NCBI GenBank assembly: GCA_002269645.1 | Contig: NIVC01000111.1 | Coordinates: 248,001-312,000, forward strand | Direction of reading: 5' to 3' | From: Macrostomum lignano | Lineage: Eukaryota | DNA length: 64,000 bases | In this document: piece after piece, positions 23,559 through 35,795 of the stretch | Numbering within the stretch: position 1 is the first letter of the stretch | How the letters are laid out: every line of letters begins with the position of its first letter | Position numbers and translations under genes: made by a program | The notes under the pieces: model-generated | Databases searched by the model: none | What the model was told of the DNA's origin: nothing | What the model saw: only the letters and a program-made list of their open reading frames with translations

Positions 23559-26500
23559 AACGAACTGCCCAGGCCCGAGAGTTGGAAATCATTGAAATAA
23601 GTCTCGACAATGAAACAGACCGAACCCGTGAATGTTGTCCCAATCAGTGTTTTATTAACTGTTCCCAGCGCGAATAGAGATGTGAAGTTCAATTAAGTAG
23701 GAGAGAAGCCGACGTCAACGTTTGCATGAAGCATCACTAACTGAATCATTAGCTCCAGAAAGCAAACTGTCAAATCTGCCATAAAGATTATTTATCAAAG
23801 CTTTATCAAGAGAATCTGCCCGAACTGTTTTTATTCTGACATTTCTGATAGGCAATCTTATAGTTGAGTAACCACAAAAGCAAACAGTCGGATTGCTATA
23901 TCGCGCCACAAAAAAACTCGTGTCCTTGTGTAAATGTCCACCAGCTCCTTTGCTGGTCCGTCAGCCTCCTGAACGCAATATCCGATCAATTTTAATCGTC
24001 GTCTGTGACCTGCGAGATTAAACAACAAATAATTTTCGAAGTCTTTAAATTTAAAACCTCTTTGTCGCACCAGACGAACTGAAACTACCCCCGATATTAA
24101 ATAAATCTGCGCGAATCGATATTTGCTGAAACACGCAAATTGGATTATTTTTCTCGCAAAACCGGCAAAAGATGTGCTGTTTTCCAGACTCGATGATTTT
24201 TTTATCCACCTTAAGATTTACCGAGAGCGACGACTTCTCAGTGACCGACAACTGGCAATGAAACATACATACATGGATATAGATACATACATACATGTAC
24301 GAGCGGTATCTGCTAAAGAAAATTTGCATCACGACGCTTTCGTGATAAGTCATTTCTGCATTGTGCCTTACAAAGCCAAGAGCGGCGCATTTACGTCTGG
24401 GAGTGCACATAAACCTTACAGTGTCGCTTTCCCATGTGAAATGCGTGAAAGAGGATTATAGCTTGATTCAGGCTTATTTCTGCTAGGGCTTTAACGTAGG
24501 TAAAATGGATAAAGAGACTTCGGTCGAAATCTCATAAGAGCGCATTGAATTAACTATTAGGACCTGACCTACTGACTGACTGACTGACTGGACTGACTGA
24601 TAGTAAAATAATACTCTATAAGCTTTTATCTAAGTTCCTAATGCATTGCCTGACATGTTTGTTTAAGCTTCATATCGTGTGTTTTCTCACTTCTCTCTTT
24701 TTTACCTGAGCAAGACCGGCCATGCACCCACCCGCTGAGCACATAGAAAGCGCTGAGTAGCTATGGGTGGCTCAGACAGCGTGGACCAGGGGGGGGGGCG
24801 AGATGCGGCCTGTTTTCGTAAAGCCCAGGCCGCCCTCGTCACGAATGCCAGACTCGAGTGGTCCCGCGCCTGTGGGGGGGGGGTGGGGCGTGTGAGTAGC
24901 ATAAGAATAGCACTGCAGCCTGCTGAGAAGGGTTCAGAACATGGATGCAGGTGACAGCGCAGGCCGAAAACAGGGAGAGGCCTGAGTATATTTAGGACTC
25001 GACTCAAATTGCCAATATCGCCTGGGCAGAGAGATAGCTATAGCGAGCATGCAATGTCTATTTAGGCAGATAGAAGATTGAAAAGGAGAGAACTCACACG
25101 GAGCTCTGTTGGCTCACCGAGCTCACGCGGAGAGGGGGTGGACAGTGGAGAGAAAATCGAGCTGGATGGGGCATGAGGAGAGAGTGGAGAGGAAGGAGAG
25201 GCCGCGCGGGTCGGTTGAGTACACACACAAACACACAGAAAGCAGGAGAGCGCCTTGCTCAACTGAGCACAAGTCGGGGAGGGGGGGTTGCAGGGAGAGA
25301 GTATAGAATTGCCGGGACAGACTGGCTTTGCATTGCAGCGATCGGTCTCACGCAGCGAGTTTGTGGATGGACCCGAATATGCTGGCTGGGTTGTAGTCAT
25401 GGCAACTAGGAGTGCTGGTGAGAGCTGGGGGCACAGAGGCAGAGAGTTGAAGAGGAGAGAAGGCCTTATTACAGACAGGGACAGGGGGTTCAAACGGGGG
25501 ATGGAGGTGGATGAAAATTTTGCCAAGCAGAAAGCGCGACTGAGCCCGCTGAAGACTACAAAAAAGAAGAAGACAGATTTTCGGTGGCTGGCAGGGCGGG
25601 GGTGGCTGACAACCCAGCGGGGGTGCAAAAGAGGACACGCAGAGTGGGCGGAGAAATTGAGCTCTTTTCTCCGACAGACTCAACGCAGCTCATAGCAGCT
25701 GATGGAGAGAGCGAGCTGCTGTGTGCGTGAGAGCGCAGACGTCACTCAATGGATTCCAAATAGAGAAACTGGAGGGTGTTGAATTACCCAACTCTTAGCT
25801 GCCGTCCTGTAGTTCACACGGAGTGCTCAGACAGAACTGCGTATAAAACCAATTTATTTATGCATTGTGCATGAGAACCCTGCATTTTCTGTATGGTAAA
25901 GCAGCCCCCTAAATGCTATTATGCATGCTGCGACTAAAAAACCCTAACAATGAACCCTGACCCCAGCCAGCATCCCATGCAGACAGACTTAAGATGCTTT
26001 TACTGTCTGCATGGCTCCTTGCTGCCAATCTAAATTTGCTTTTCGCTTAATTGTTTTTCAGTTTTCTTTGACAACTTGACAACCGATACCGATGTATGTA
26101 TAACATATGTGACTTTTCTCTATAACCAAGTCTCTTTTAACAGTATTTTATTGCAGCTGTTCATCAGGTGAGCGTATCCCTTCTATAACATAGGAAAGTT
26201 TATTCCCAACAGGTGAGCACTTCGACCCAAATTCAGCCGAGTGACCATCTTTGTGACCCAGTGACTTCTGAGAAATGATCGCACATTTAAGCACTTTTGA
26301 CTCGCATTTCTCAGGCACATGCAACAAACAGTATTCACGCACTTTTTACATGTATAATAAAGACATAAAACCTATCGAATATCGAAGATAGACTCATCAT
26401 AATTGTTACTGTGCTATATAATGCATTCATTTGTTATGAATTCATTCGATCAGTACATGCACTTTTGCAAGTAAGTAGTACCCTGAGAGAATGCACAATC

Positions 26501-26922
26501 TATCTTGCATGCATGGCCTCCTATTTGTAAGTCAAAATAAAGACTTTTGCAAAAATACTTTAAGTACAACTGTTAAATTTGCAAAAAAATTAAACACGAA
26601 TGCAAAAACTGTCCGCGATTGCGTACTTCAAGTAGAATAATTTGGCGAAATGCACGAGTTTCTGTCCAACTCGAATACAAATTGCACTGTATCAAGCTGA
26701 CAGCGATCGACATGGCCAACCCATGCAATTACCTGCGCAAAAGTACACACAGGGAAACTCCTAGCTCGATCGTAGATATTGCTGCGACAGTTTTAAGAGC
26801 ACGCAGTTCTACGCTCGTAGTCTAGCACCTTTGCATAAGCGGGAAATGCTTTCGTCTAAAGGAGCAGCGGTATCACGTCGGCACAGGCGGCCCTATACAT
26901 TTATGCACATTCACGCAACAAT

Positions 26923-27513
26923 AAGAAGCCCATTTGAATGGGAAACTTAGTACACGTAGTTGTCAGCGTCTTTTGATCTTGTACCGCGGCACCGTGGAGT
27001 TTCAGGATGAGCTATAGCTGATGTATCGCGGTGCCGCGGAGTTTCAGGATGAACTATAGCTGATGTATCGCGGTGCCGCGGAGTTTCAGGATGAGCTATA
27101 GCTGATGTATCGCGGTGCCGCGGAGTTTCAGGATGAGCTATAGCTGATGTATCGCGGTGCCGCGGAGTTTCAGGATGAGCTATAGCTGATGTATCGCGGT
27201 GCCGCGGAGTTTCAGGATGAGCTATAGCTGATGTATCGCGGTGCCGCGGAGTTTCAGGATGAGCTATAGCTGATGTATCGCGGTGCCGCGGAGTTTCAGG
27301 ATGAGCTATAGCTGATGTATCGCGGTGCCGCGGAGTTTCAGGATGAGCTATAGCTGATGTATCGCGGTGCCGCGGAGTTTCAGGATGAGCTAAAGCTGAT
27401 GTATCGGGGTGAAGCGATATATATGTACATGTAGATCAGATGACGCTGCGCTGACAACTACATGCAATTAGCTAGTCTACGTGTACTAAGTTTCCTATTC
27501 AAATGGGCTTCTT
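26923..27513. mobile_element. TIR-bounded non-autonomous element carrying a 42-bp tandem array
   Basis: aagaagcccatttgaat(g/a)ggaaacttagtacacgtag at the left end is inverted at the right end (~35 bp, 1 mismatch); no TSD recognised. Confidence 0.7.
26996..27415. repeat. Near-perfect 42-bp array ggagtttcaggatgagctatagctgatgtatcgcggtgccgc, ~10 copies
   Basis: Period 42 measured from 26996 to 27038. Confidence 0.95.
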
Positions 27514-27947
27514 GTTACACGCATGGCTGCGCAATTTATAAAATAGAAATCATAAACCTTTTTGGAATTACGGACTGCATCGATCGCTATTAAGTAACAT
27601 TAATCGAACCCGTGCTCAAATCTGCATGCAGTGTGAGCACTGGACTTTTGCGAAAATTGTACAGCCGATTCAGGCATTATCAAACAATTAAAACAGTTAG
27701 TCAATGATCGGGAATGAGCGCGCATGGGAGAGAAAATGATATTAAAATTTTAGAAGGGGCCTGGAACTAGCTGTCGAATGTGCATTACATGTGTGTACAT
27801 GCATGCATTGCATTACATTGTATGCATTAAATGAATGTATATTACATGTACCGTGTATGCACAAATATAAAAAAAATAATATTACAGCGGCTCAGCCATG
27901 ATTTTTGAAGTGTTAAATTATTGCAAAAAATTCATGCAAAAAAGCGT

Positions 27948-28587
27948 CAGGGGCGTCGCCGTGGATTTTATGGTGGGGGCCGGGGACGAAACACTTATAC
28001 ATGTAGTACATGTACATGACTAATTCCTACATGTACATTATTTTTTTCAGAATCGGTGTTGTCAGCACTCATTTTAGCGCCGCAGGCAGGGGCGTCACCA
28101 ACTGGGGGGACAGGGCCGGACATGTCCCCCCAGTAAAAGATTTGGGCATTTGCCATATGCTTTGTCCCCCTCAACCATACCAATTTTGTGACCTATTATG
28201 AAAATTTTGCTGCATTGTACTAAAATTAGTGCCCGCGGCGCCAAAATGAGTGCCAGCGGCGCCAAAATGACTGCCTGCGGCGCTAAAAGTGCTGACAACA
28301 CCGATTCTGAAAATAATGTACATGTAGGAATTTAGTCCTGTACATGTTACATGTAGAAGTGTTGGCTTTGTCCCCCCTCCCACCATAAAATCCACGGCGA
28401 TGCCCCTGGCCGCAGGCACTCATTTTGGCGCCGCGAGAACTAATTTTAGCACCATGCAGCAAAATTTCCATAACGGCCGTCACAAAGGTAATGGTGGGGG
28501 GGGACAAAGCATTGTGGCATGTCCCCCCAAATATTTTACTGGGGGGGACATGTCCCCCCTGTCCCCCCGTTGGTGCAGACGCCCCTG
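27948..28587. mobile_element. hAT-like MITE (CAGGGG termini) interrupted by an inverted copy of the same family
   Basis: Termini caggggcgtc...gacgcccctg. Segments 27948-28086 and 28409-28587 are the reverse complement of the inner element. Outer TSD not found. Confidence 0.75.
28087..28408. mobile_element. hAT-like MITE, 322 bp, nested
   Basis: Termini caggggcgtc...gatgcccctg; exact 8-bp TSD gccgcagg at 28079-28086 and 28409-28416. Confidence 0.85.
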
Positions 28588-29840
28588 ACGACGCTTTAAC
28601 GTTAGTGAAAGCGTAAAAATGCATGCAAAAATATTAAAGAATTTCACTTTTAAGGCACCTAGCTTGCGCTGCGCCACTACTGTCATTAGATAAGCCTATT
28701 AATTGCAATAAATGGACTTAAAGTGTACAATCGCAATTAGGTCTACCGTAAACTAAGGCCTTTGCTTTAGAGAGCTATTTTTTTGAGCAACACCTCTTGG
28801 ATATCACCTGAGGCAGTGGGTGTACTACTAAACGTTACGGATATCTAAACGAAACTTGATGTCGAGACGAAGAAAAAAGATTCTAATTTGATACGAAACT
28901 TTCTAAGAAACCCATACGGCATATATACGCACTTATATCCCGGCTTAGCCGGCTGGAGCCCCAGGGCGGCAGGTCCCAGGGTTCAGCTCTATATTAGGCC
29001 TCCATCATATATATTAGTTAAGCCGTGTGTCATCTTTTGACGCAAGAAAGCGAAGTTTTTCCCCGCGCAGACGGTGGATCATTAGAAATTAGGAAATAGG
29101 CCATGGTGCTACATTATATTAGGCTTAGGCCTAATATTACATCATTTATAATCGCTCTATTATTGTACTACTGTAAAAATATTGATTTGAATAGGAATAT
29201 CATATAAATATAGGCCTATGACATATAGGGGGAGTATATTTATGACTATGGCTCTAGTCTAGAGTCTAGATAGATATTGGTAGATATCCTGCACCTGCTG
29301 TACAGCTGTACCAATGCCAATGCCATTCCAGTGATTCCATATGGATTTGTATCAGTCCAGAAATTTAGGTAGATAGCCTGCTATCCTCTCTGCACCAGAA
29401 TAAGTAGTGGGCCTTGTCAAATCCATTTCTGTAAAGGAAAATTCCCCAGAAAACAGCACTAGGGCCTAGCTATCTTGACTGTTTAAGACTTTTAAGTTAG
29501 GCCCTATGCTATTAGGGACAATATTAGAACCAATTAGGGCCTTTCAAAATCTCCCAAGACTAAGTCAGGCCCTAACTTAGTTAAGGACTTAGTCTTGGGA
29601 GATTTTGAAATTTGGGCCTTTTTTAGCAATGCTTTATTCCATTTGATAATTTTTTTACTAGAATAAAGAAACACCTTTTGTTGTTTTAAAAACTGTCAAG
29701 TAGGCCTACTAATTTATTATTCTTAACTTCTATTGCATCTTCCTTCAGACTAGGCCTATGGGTAATAAATAGCTACAAAACTTTTTATATAGGCCTAACT
29801 TGAGGCCTATCTTAAATGTTAACTTTTTTATAGGTCTAAT

Positions 29841-30626
29841 GGCTCATTCCATATAAGCATGGTCGTAACATGACAGGTTATTTTTACTTATAAAATGAAA
29901 TCTAATAATAGAATATACTAAACCAATATTTTAAATGAAAGATTATTTTGTCTAGAATATATTTATAGAGTTTCATTATAGATATCATCATTAGTATAGA
30001 TGCTATTAAACCTTAAATGACACTTATGGTCGTAACGACAGGATTTTTGACATATAGAAACTGAAAGGTAAAAGTCTTATAACATTTTTCATTTTTGATA
30101 TTTTGCAATACATTTTTAAAATTTGACTAAGAACATCTTTAGAAATCATACTCTTTTATTAGAATATATAAACTCAAAAGGCAACTAAGATACAAAAGAA
30201 AAGGCAGCCTTATAGTCGTAACATTATGGTCGTAACATATTTTTTCTGTCAATTCAGTAACTTTGAGGTACTAATACATTAAAAATATAATAGATTATTT
30301 GGTCACCAATGCTTTTATCTGATGATGCAAGTACTATACTTTTATCTATAGTTTGTTTCAACCTTCAAAAGCTTTCTATTTGTTTTTAAAAGGTACAAAA
30401 TCTTAATGATGTCTTTTGCTTCGAAAAATGTCCAAATTTTTACAAAAATGACTTTTTGCCAATTGATAACATACTAATCCAACATTTTACCATTCCTTTA
30501 TTCTTAGATTGTATATATTGCACAATATAAACATTTGGTAAAAAAATAGGCTAATTAGGCAATGGCAAGCAAAAATATTGACTTTTTTCTATTTTCCAAA
30601 TATGTCCATCTTATATGGAATGAGCC
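29841..30626. mobile_element. AT-rich non-autonomous DNA element with 17-bp TIR ggctcattccatataag and internal atggtcgtaac repeats
   Basis: TIR at 29841 and inverted (cttatatggaatgagcc) ending at 30626; flanks are not an exact TSD. Confidence 0.6.
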
Positions 30627-31460
30627 TATTTTGCCTATTGAGTACTATCTGTACTATTGAGTAGGCTTACTATACTATAGTACTGTTATTTTATTGGCAT
30701 TATGCCACAGTAATCGATGCTAGGCCAAAAATGAGTTAAATATTTGGTCGCTTGTTTGGGGTCAACATATAAATAGGGGCAGATGGTTTTGCACATAGAC
30801 AAATAATTCACATATGCATACAATATCTCCCCTTTTAAGCAAATCAATTTTACAGTTCTTTCTTCTTTATCTCCCCTTTTAAGCTTTAACTGGTTCATCC
30901 AACTTCTTGTAATGCAACTTGGATGCCGGGACTCCCTTGTTGACCATTGACTTTGCCTTGGCTATACGGTCTTTGGCTTGTCTAGGGCCTCTTGTGCTTC
31001 ACCTTGCTTCTGAGATACACCAGTAGTAGAGAGCTGTTCTTGTAGTAGACATTGGTGGATGTACACGCAATTGGGACAGAAAATTTGGTCGCTTACTAAC
31101 TTGACCATGTAATCCTGCTTGCAACACCATGTTATGTTCTTGGCATTAAGCCACAGTAATTGGTGCTAGGCTGAAAATGAGTTAATATATTTGGTTGCTT
31201 GTTTGGGGTCAACATATAAATGGGGGCAGATGGTTTTGCACATAGACAAATAATTCGCATATGCATACAACAAGTACTATTGAGTACTATAGGCAAATAG
31301 GCTTAGGCCTAATAATTTTTGATTGAAAAATTGTTTATTAAGCCTATTAACATTTTAATATTTTTAAAAACCAATTTCAATGCTTAGGCCTAAGCTAGGC
31401 TTAGGGTCTAATATTTTAGCTTCTTTATCTCTTATTTATCTATTGATAAAATAAATCTAA

Positions 31461-32372
31461 TACATGAAGTACATATAAATGTAGATATACATGTAGGACT
31501 ATATATATGATTCAATAGATTCCTAAGTGCTACACTTTGAATTGTATAATAATGCATTGTTAATTTTATTATATCTATATGTAAAGTATAAAATTATTAC
31601 AACAATATACAAAGCCATTTAAAAAAGACTACTTTTGTTCAAACAAGTAAATCTAATATAACCAGAATAGCCAAAACCTTTGCAATAAAACCTAAAAAAG
31701 TTAGCCTTAAGCTTGAAATGCATAAGACTAAAAGGCCTATAAAAAGGTTTTTTGCTAATTTTGCTATAGTAAAGCCAATATCTTAATTTTTGTTTTTTTA
31801 ATGGATATACTTATGCATATTAATATGTTGTTTTATAACTAGAGGCAACAAAGCTAACCTATTATAAAAAAATAGGAACAATAAAAAATATAAAAAATTT
31901 AAATATTTTTAATATAAAAAATTGATTAAGCCTTGAGAATAGAAAAAAATAGTTTATTACATTGTTCTTGCATCTTGAAAAAAAAATGTTTTTTTCCTTT
32001 AGCCTTAATAGTAGGCCTATTTAGTATATAGTGATTTTGTTTGCCACCTTTCAAGCAAATGTAAGAACTTTTACGAGTAGACAAATATGATATAGGTCCT
32101 AGTTATATGGTTTTGCACCCACAGGATAGGCTTAAAATTAAATAAAAGGTTCAAAAGTTCAATTAATATAATATATTAATTTACTTGTTTGAACAAAAGT
32201 AGTATTTTTTAAATGGCTTTGTATATTGTTGTAATAATTTTATACTTTATACATAGATATAATAAAATTAACAATGCATTAGTATACAAAATCAAAGTGT
32301 AGCACTTAGGAATCTATTGAATTATATATATAGCCCTACATGTATATCTACATTTATATGTACTTCATTGTA
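31461..32372. mobile_element. Foldback element with ~190-bp inverted arms
   Basis: 31461-31652 is the near reverse complement of 32179-32372. Confidence 0.7.
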
Positions 32373-33954
32373 CATCTTAACATCTTGGAACATCTGAAGG
32401 TAAGCAAAAATTATTAAGAAATCTTCTTACATTGAGACTAGAACCCTTTTCTAAGTTCATTAATCTTGTATTGGAGTTTTTTATAGCAGAAGAAATGACC
32501 CAAATGAGTAGAAAAAATGACTCTATGAATATTAGTAGACAAAAAAGTAGCAAACAAAAATTAGTATTACAGAATTCTATTTTGGATAATAAACTATGCT
32601 TTTTTCACTAATTGTCATTGTAATATTATTTTAACTTTCACATTGATCTTTGTTAGACCTATAATTTAAAAAAATGTTTAATTTATAGTTTTTAAACAGT
32701 AAAAACCTATTATACTAGAGTTGTAAATATCTACATTTTAGAAAAAAAATTATAAACTAAAAAGTTCAAACTACAAGTGTTATATATTCAGATTTATAAG
32801 TTTTTTAGTGTATCTACTAGCTATTATTGCTCATGCAATATTTTGTTATATTCTATAGCCATATTTATGGTTGAACAATGAACATTAGAGTTTTTAGTAA
32901 ATTATCCTTTTCCACTTTTAATATAAAAATTTATGCAATTATTACCATAATATGCTACTAGTGGTAGTACATGAATAAAAATTATTCTTTTTTTGTAATT
33001 ATAAATTAGATTGCAACTAAGGTATATGCACAGAATTTAAAGTTCAAGAGATAGGAGAAAAGCAGCATAGGGTCACTGCACATCTTGTGTGAGCATGAAT
33101 CAGGCAGGGCCAGCTTTGAGTATTTGCCTGCCTGTCATGAGCTCAGGGGTCAGTGCAATAGGCAAGAGATGAAAATTCTCAACATTTTTGCTGCTAGAGA
33201 CCAAAATAGAAAGCCATTATAGGCTTCTAAAATTTAATGAAACTGCTGACAGCCGACTTATATTCCTATATAATTCTAACTAAGCAATAATCTTTTGGAT
33301 TTATTTATTTGTGCAACAAAACCAAAAAAGTTATCGGGGAAATTTCCTCCTTGGCATATGGGAGTTTAAACAGACTTTTTAGAAACGCTGATTTAGATTT
33401 TTTAACAGAGATTTCTCTGATCAAAAGCAAGGAAGAAGAGTTTGGGATGTGGGATTAGAAATTGCTGGATAGGACAACCTCGTGTCAGGAGGACTCAGGG
33501 CGGCTGCCACGGCTGGCTGAAGGATCCCGCCCGCTCGCTGTGCTGAATTTGATTAAAATTTTGGTTAGTTTGGCCTCCCTGTTCCCTTTCCCCCCTTAGA
33601 GCCCGAGTTTTCCACTCGGCTAAGCTCGGATTGCCTTGTTTGTTCGCGCCCTGGTCTCTATCTCCCTTGTCTCCCCGTCTGCATTTTTCTCTGGGGCGGG
33701 GAAGCTCCCAGATTTTAGGGTCACGCCTGAGTTTGCTTTGGAGTCTTCGTTCTCTCTTGGCTGTGCTTTTAATACCCGACACTGTTGCTTCTTGTTCAGG
33801 CTTTCCTTTTTCTGTCCACTTTTATGTAATCCCGGTAATTTTGATAGGGGAATGATAAATTAAGTAAAACTTTCATTAGATACGGAAATAAGTGAACAAT
33901 AATCTACGACTCTGCGAGCTACGAGTGAAGAGTGATAGGTGTGAGAATAGAAGA

Positions 33955-34895
33955 TCAGGGAAGAGAATGAAGAGAGTGAGGGATAAGACAAGAGAGTGAG
34001 GGATCAGCGAAGAGAGTGAGGGATCAGGGAAGAGAGTGAGGGATAAGGGAAGAGAGTGGGGGATAAGGGAAGAGAGTGAGGGATAAGGGAAGAGAGTGGG
34101 GGATAAGGGAAGAGAGTGAGGGATAAGGGAAGAGAGTGAGGGATCAGGGAAGAGAGTGAGGGATAAGGGAAGAGAGTGGGGGATAAGGGAAGAGAGTGGG
34201 GGATAAGGGAAGAGAGTGAGGGATAAGGGAAGAGAGTGAGGGATCAGGGAAGAGAGTGGGGGATAAGGGAAGAGAGTGGGGGATAAGGGAAGAGAGTGAG
34301 GGATAAGGGAAGAGAGTGAGGGATAAGAGAAGAGAGTGGGGGATAAGGGAAGAGAGTGAGGGATAAGGGAAGAGAGTGGGGGATAAGGGAAGAGAGTGAG
34401 GGATCAGGGAAGAGAGTGAGGGATCAGGGAAGAGAGTGAGGGATCAGGGAAGAGAGTGAGGGATCAGGGAAGAGAGTGAGGGATCAGGGAAGAGAGTAAG
34501 GGATCAGGGAAGAGAGTGAGGGATAAGAGAAGAGAGTGGGGGATAAGGGAAGAGAGTGAGGGATAAGGGAAGAGAGTGAGGGATCAGGGAAGAGAGGAGG
34601 GATAAGGGAAGAGAGTGGGGGATAAGGGAAGAGAGTGAGGGATAAGGGAAGAGAGTGGGGATAAGGAAGAGAGTGAGAGATAAGGGAAGAGAGTGGGGGA
34701 TAAGGGAAGAGAGTGAGGGATAAGGGAAGAGAGTGGGGGATAAGGGAAGAGAGTGAGGGATAAGGGAAGAGAGTGGGGGATAAGGGAAGAGAGTGAGGGA
34801 TAAGGGAAGAGAGTGGGGGATAAGGGAAGAGAGTGAGGGATCAGGGAAGAGAGTGAGGGATCAGGGAAGAGAGAGATGGGATCAGGGAAGATGAA
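33955..34895. repeat. 20-bp purine-strand minisatellite gggat(a/c)agggaagagagtg(a/g)
   Basis: Read directly. Confidence 0.95.
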
Positions 34896-34920
34896 GGTAA
34901 GGGAAAAGAGATGATGAGAG

Positions 34921-35206
34921 AATTGCCGAGGTTTGCCCGCAATGCTTTTTTGCTGCAGCGCACTTTGCCACGCGGCAGATTATTTCTGCATTGCCCCCAT
35001 CCAATGCTTAGTAATTCTTAATAAAAGATTTACCCGATAAAAATGTTTTGATGGTAACTGCATATTAAATGCATATTCTTCTTGTATTTTTTTCATTTCC
35101 ATATACATAGAGGGGCGCATCTGTGAGCTATTCATTTTTGAACTACATCTGTAGCTCAATGCGCTGCAGGAAAAAAAGCATTGCTAGCAAACCTCGGCGG
35201 GCAATT
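34921..35206. mobile_element. MITE-like element with imperfect ~40-bp inverted termini
   Basis: aattgccgaggtttgcccgcaatgcttttttgctgcagcgc versus gcgctgcaggaaaaaaagcattgctagcaaacctcggcgggcaatt. Confidence 0.55.
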
Positions 35207-35795
35207 CGTCTGCGGGCAAATCTCGTGTCCCCAATAATTAGGGCTGTATGTGTGAGCTTTCGTTGCTGATTAGAGTTCTAAATATAAATTCTGATTACGT
35301 GATTAAATCCTTCATCTTGATTCAGCTTTGAAGTTTTCCGAGTTTTTTTTCAGTTTATTGCTATTTAAATCATCGCGACGCGCAAATAGGATTGCAGAAG
35401 ATGGAGTGATATAATCTGTCTCTTAGACACGGTCTTATTGCCGAGCTTTATTTTTTCTAGGCTATATTTAAATCAGAATTATGCCAACGAAATCTGATCT
35501 GAAGATTTCCAGCAACGTTTTTATTTTCATCAGTGCTTTCATAAGTGATGATTCTACGAGCGTACTGAATGTAGTGTTTAACTGGACAAGGCTTAGTGTG
35601 CTTGCTAGAATATATTTAGTTATTAATAAAGCGTGTACAAAGTTTTAGATGCGTGATGATAGTTTTCACAGAAACATTTTAAAGTGCAAATATTCACGGT
35701 TCAAGAAAAAATCGCCAGGAGGTTTCAGTGTCATGTGACTAATGTGAAAATTGTCAAATAGTCACGGTTATATAAGGTCATAGATATCGCAGGGT

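Noticed and set aside
24702-25695. Cluster of 60-190-aa ORFs
   Set aside because: Low-complexity purine/pyrimidine-skewed DNA with no recognisable motifs or consistent splice signals.
26996-27415. CRISPR-like array
   Set aside because: Units are contiguous and identical with no unique spacers, there are no cas genes, and the context is eukaryotic.
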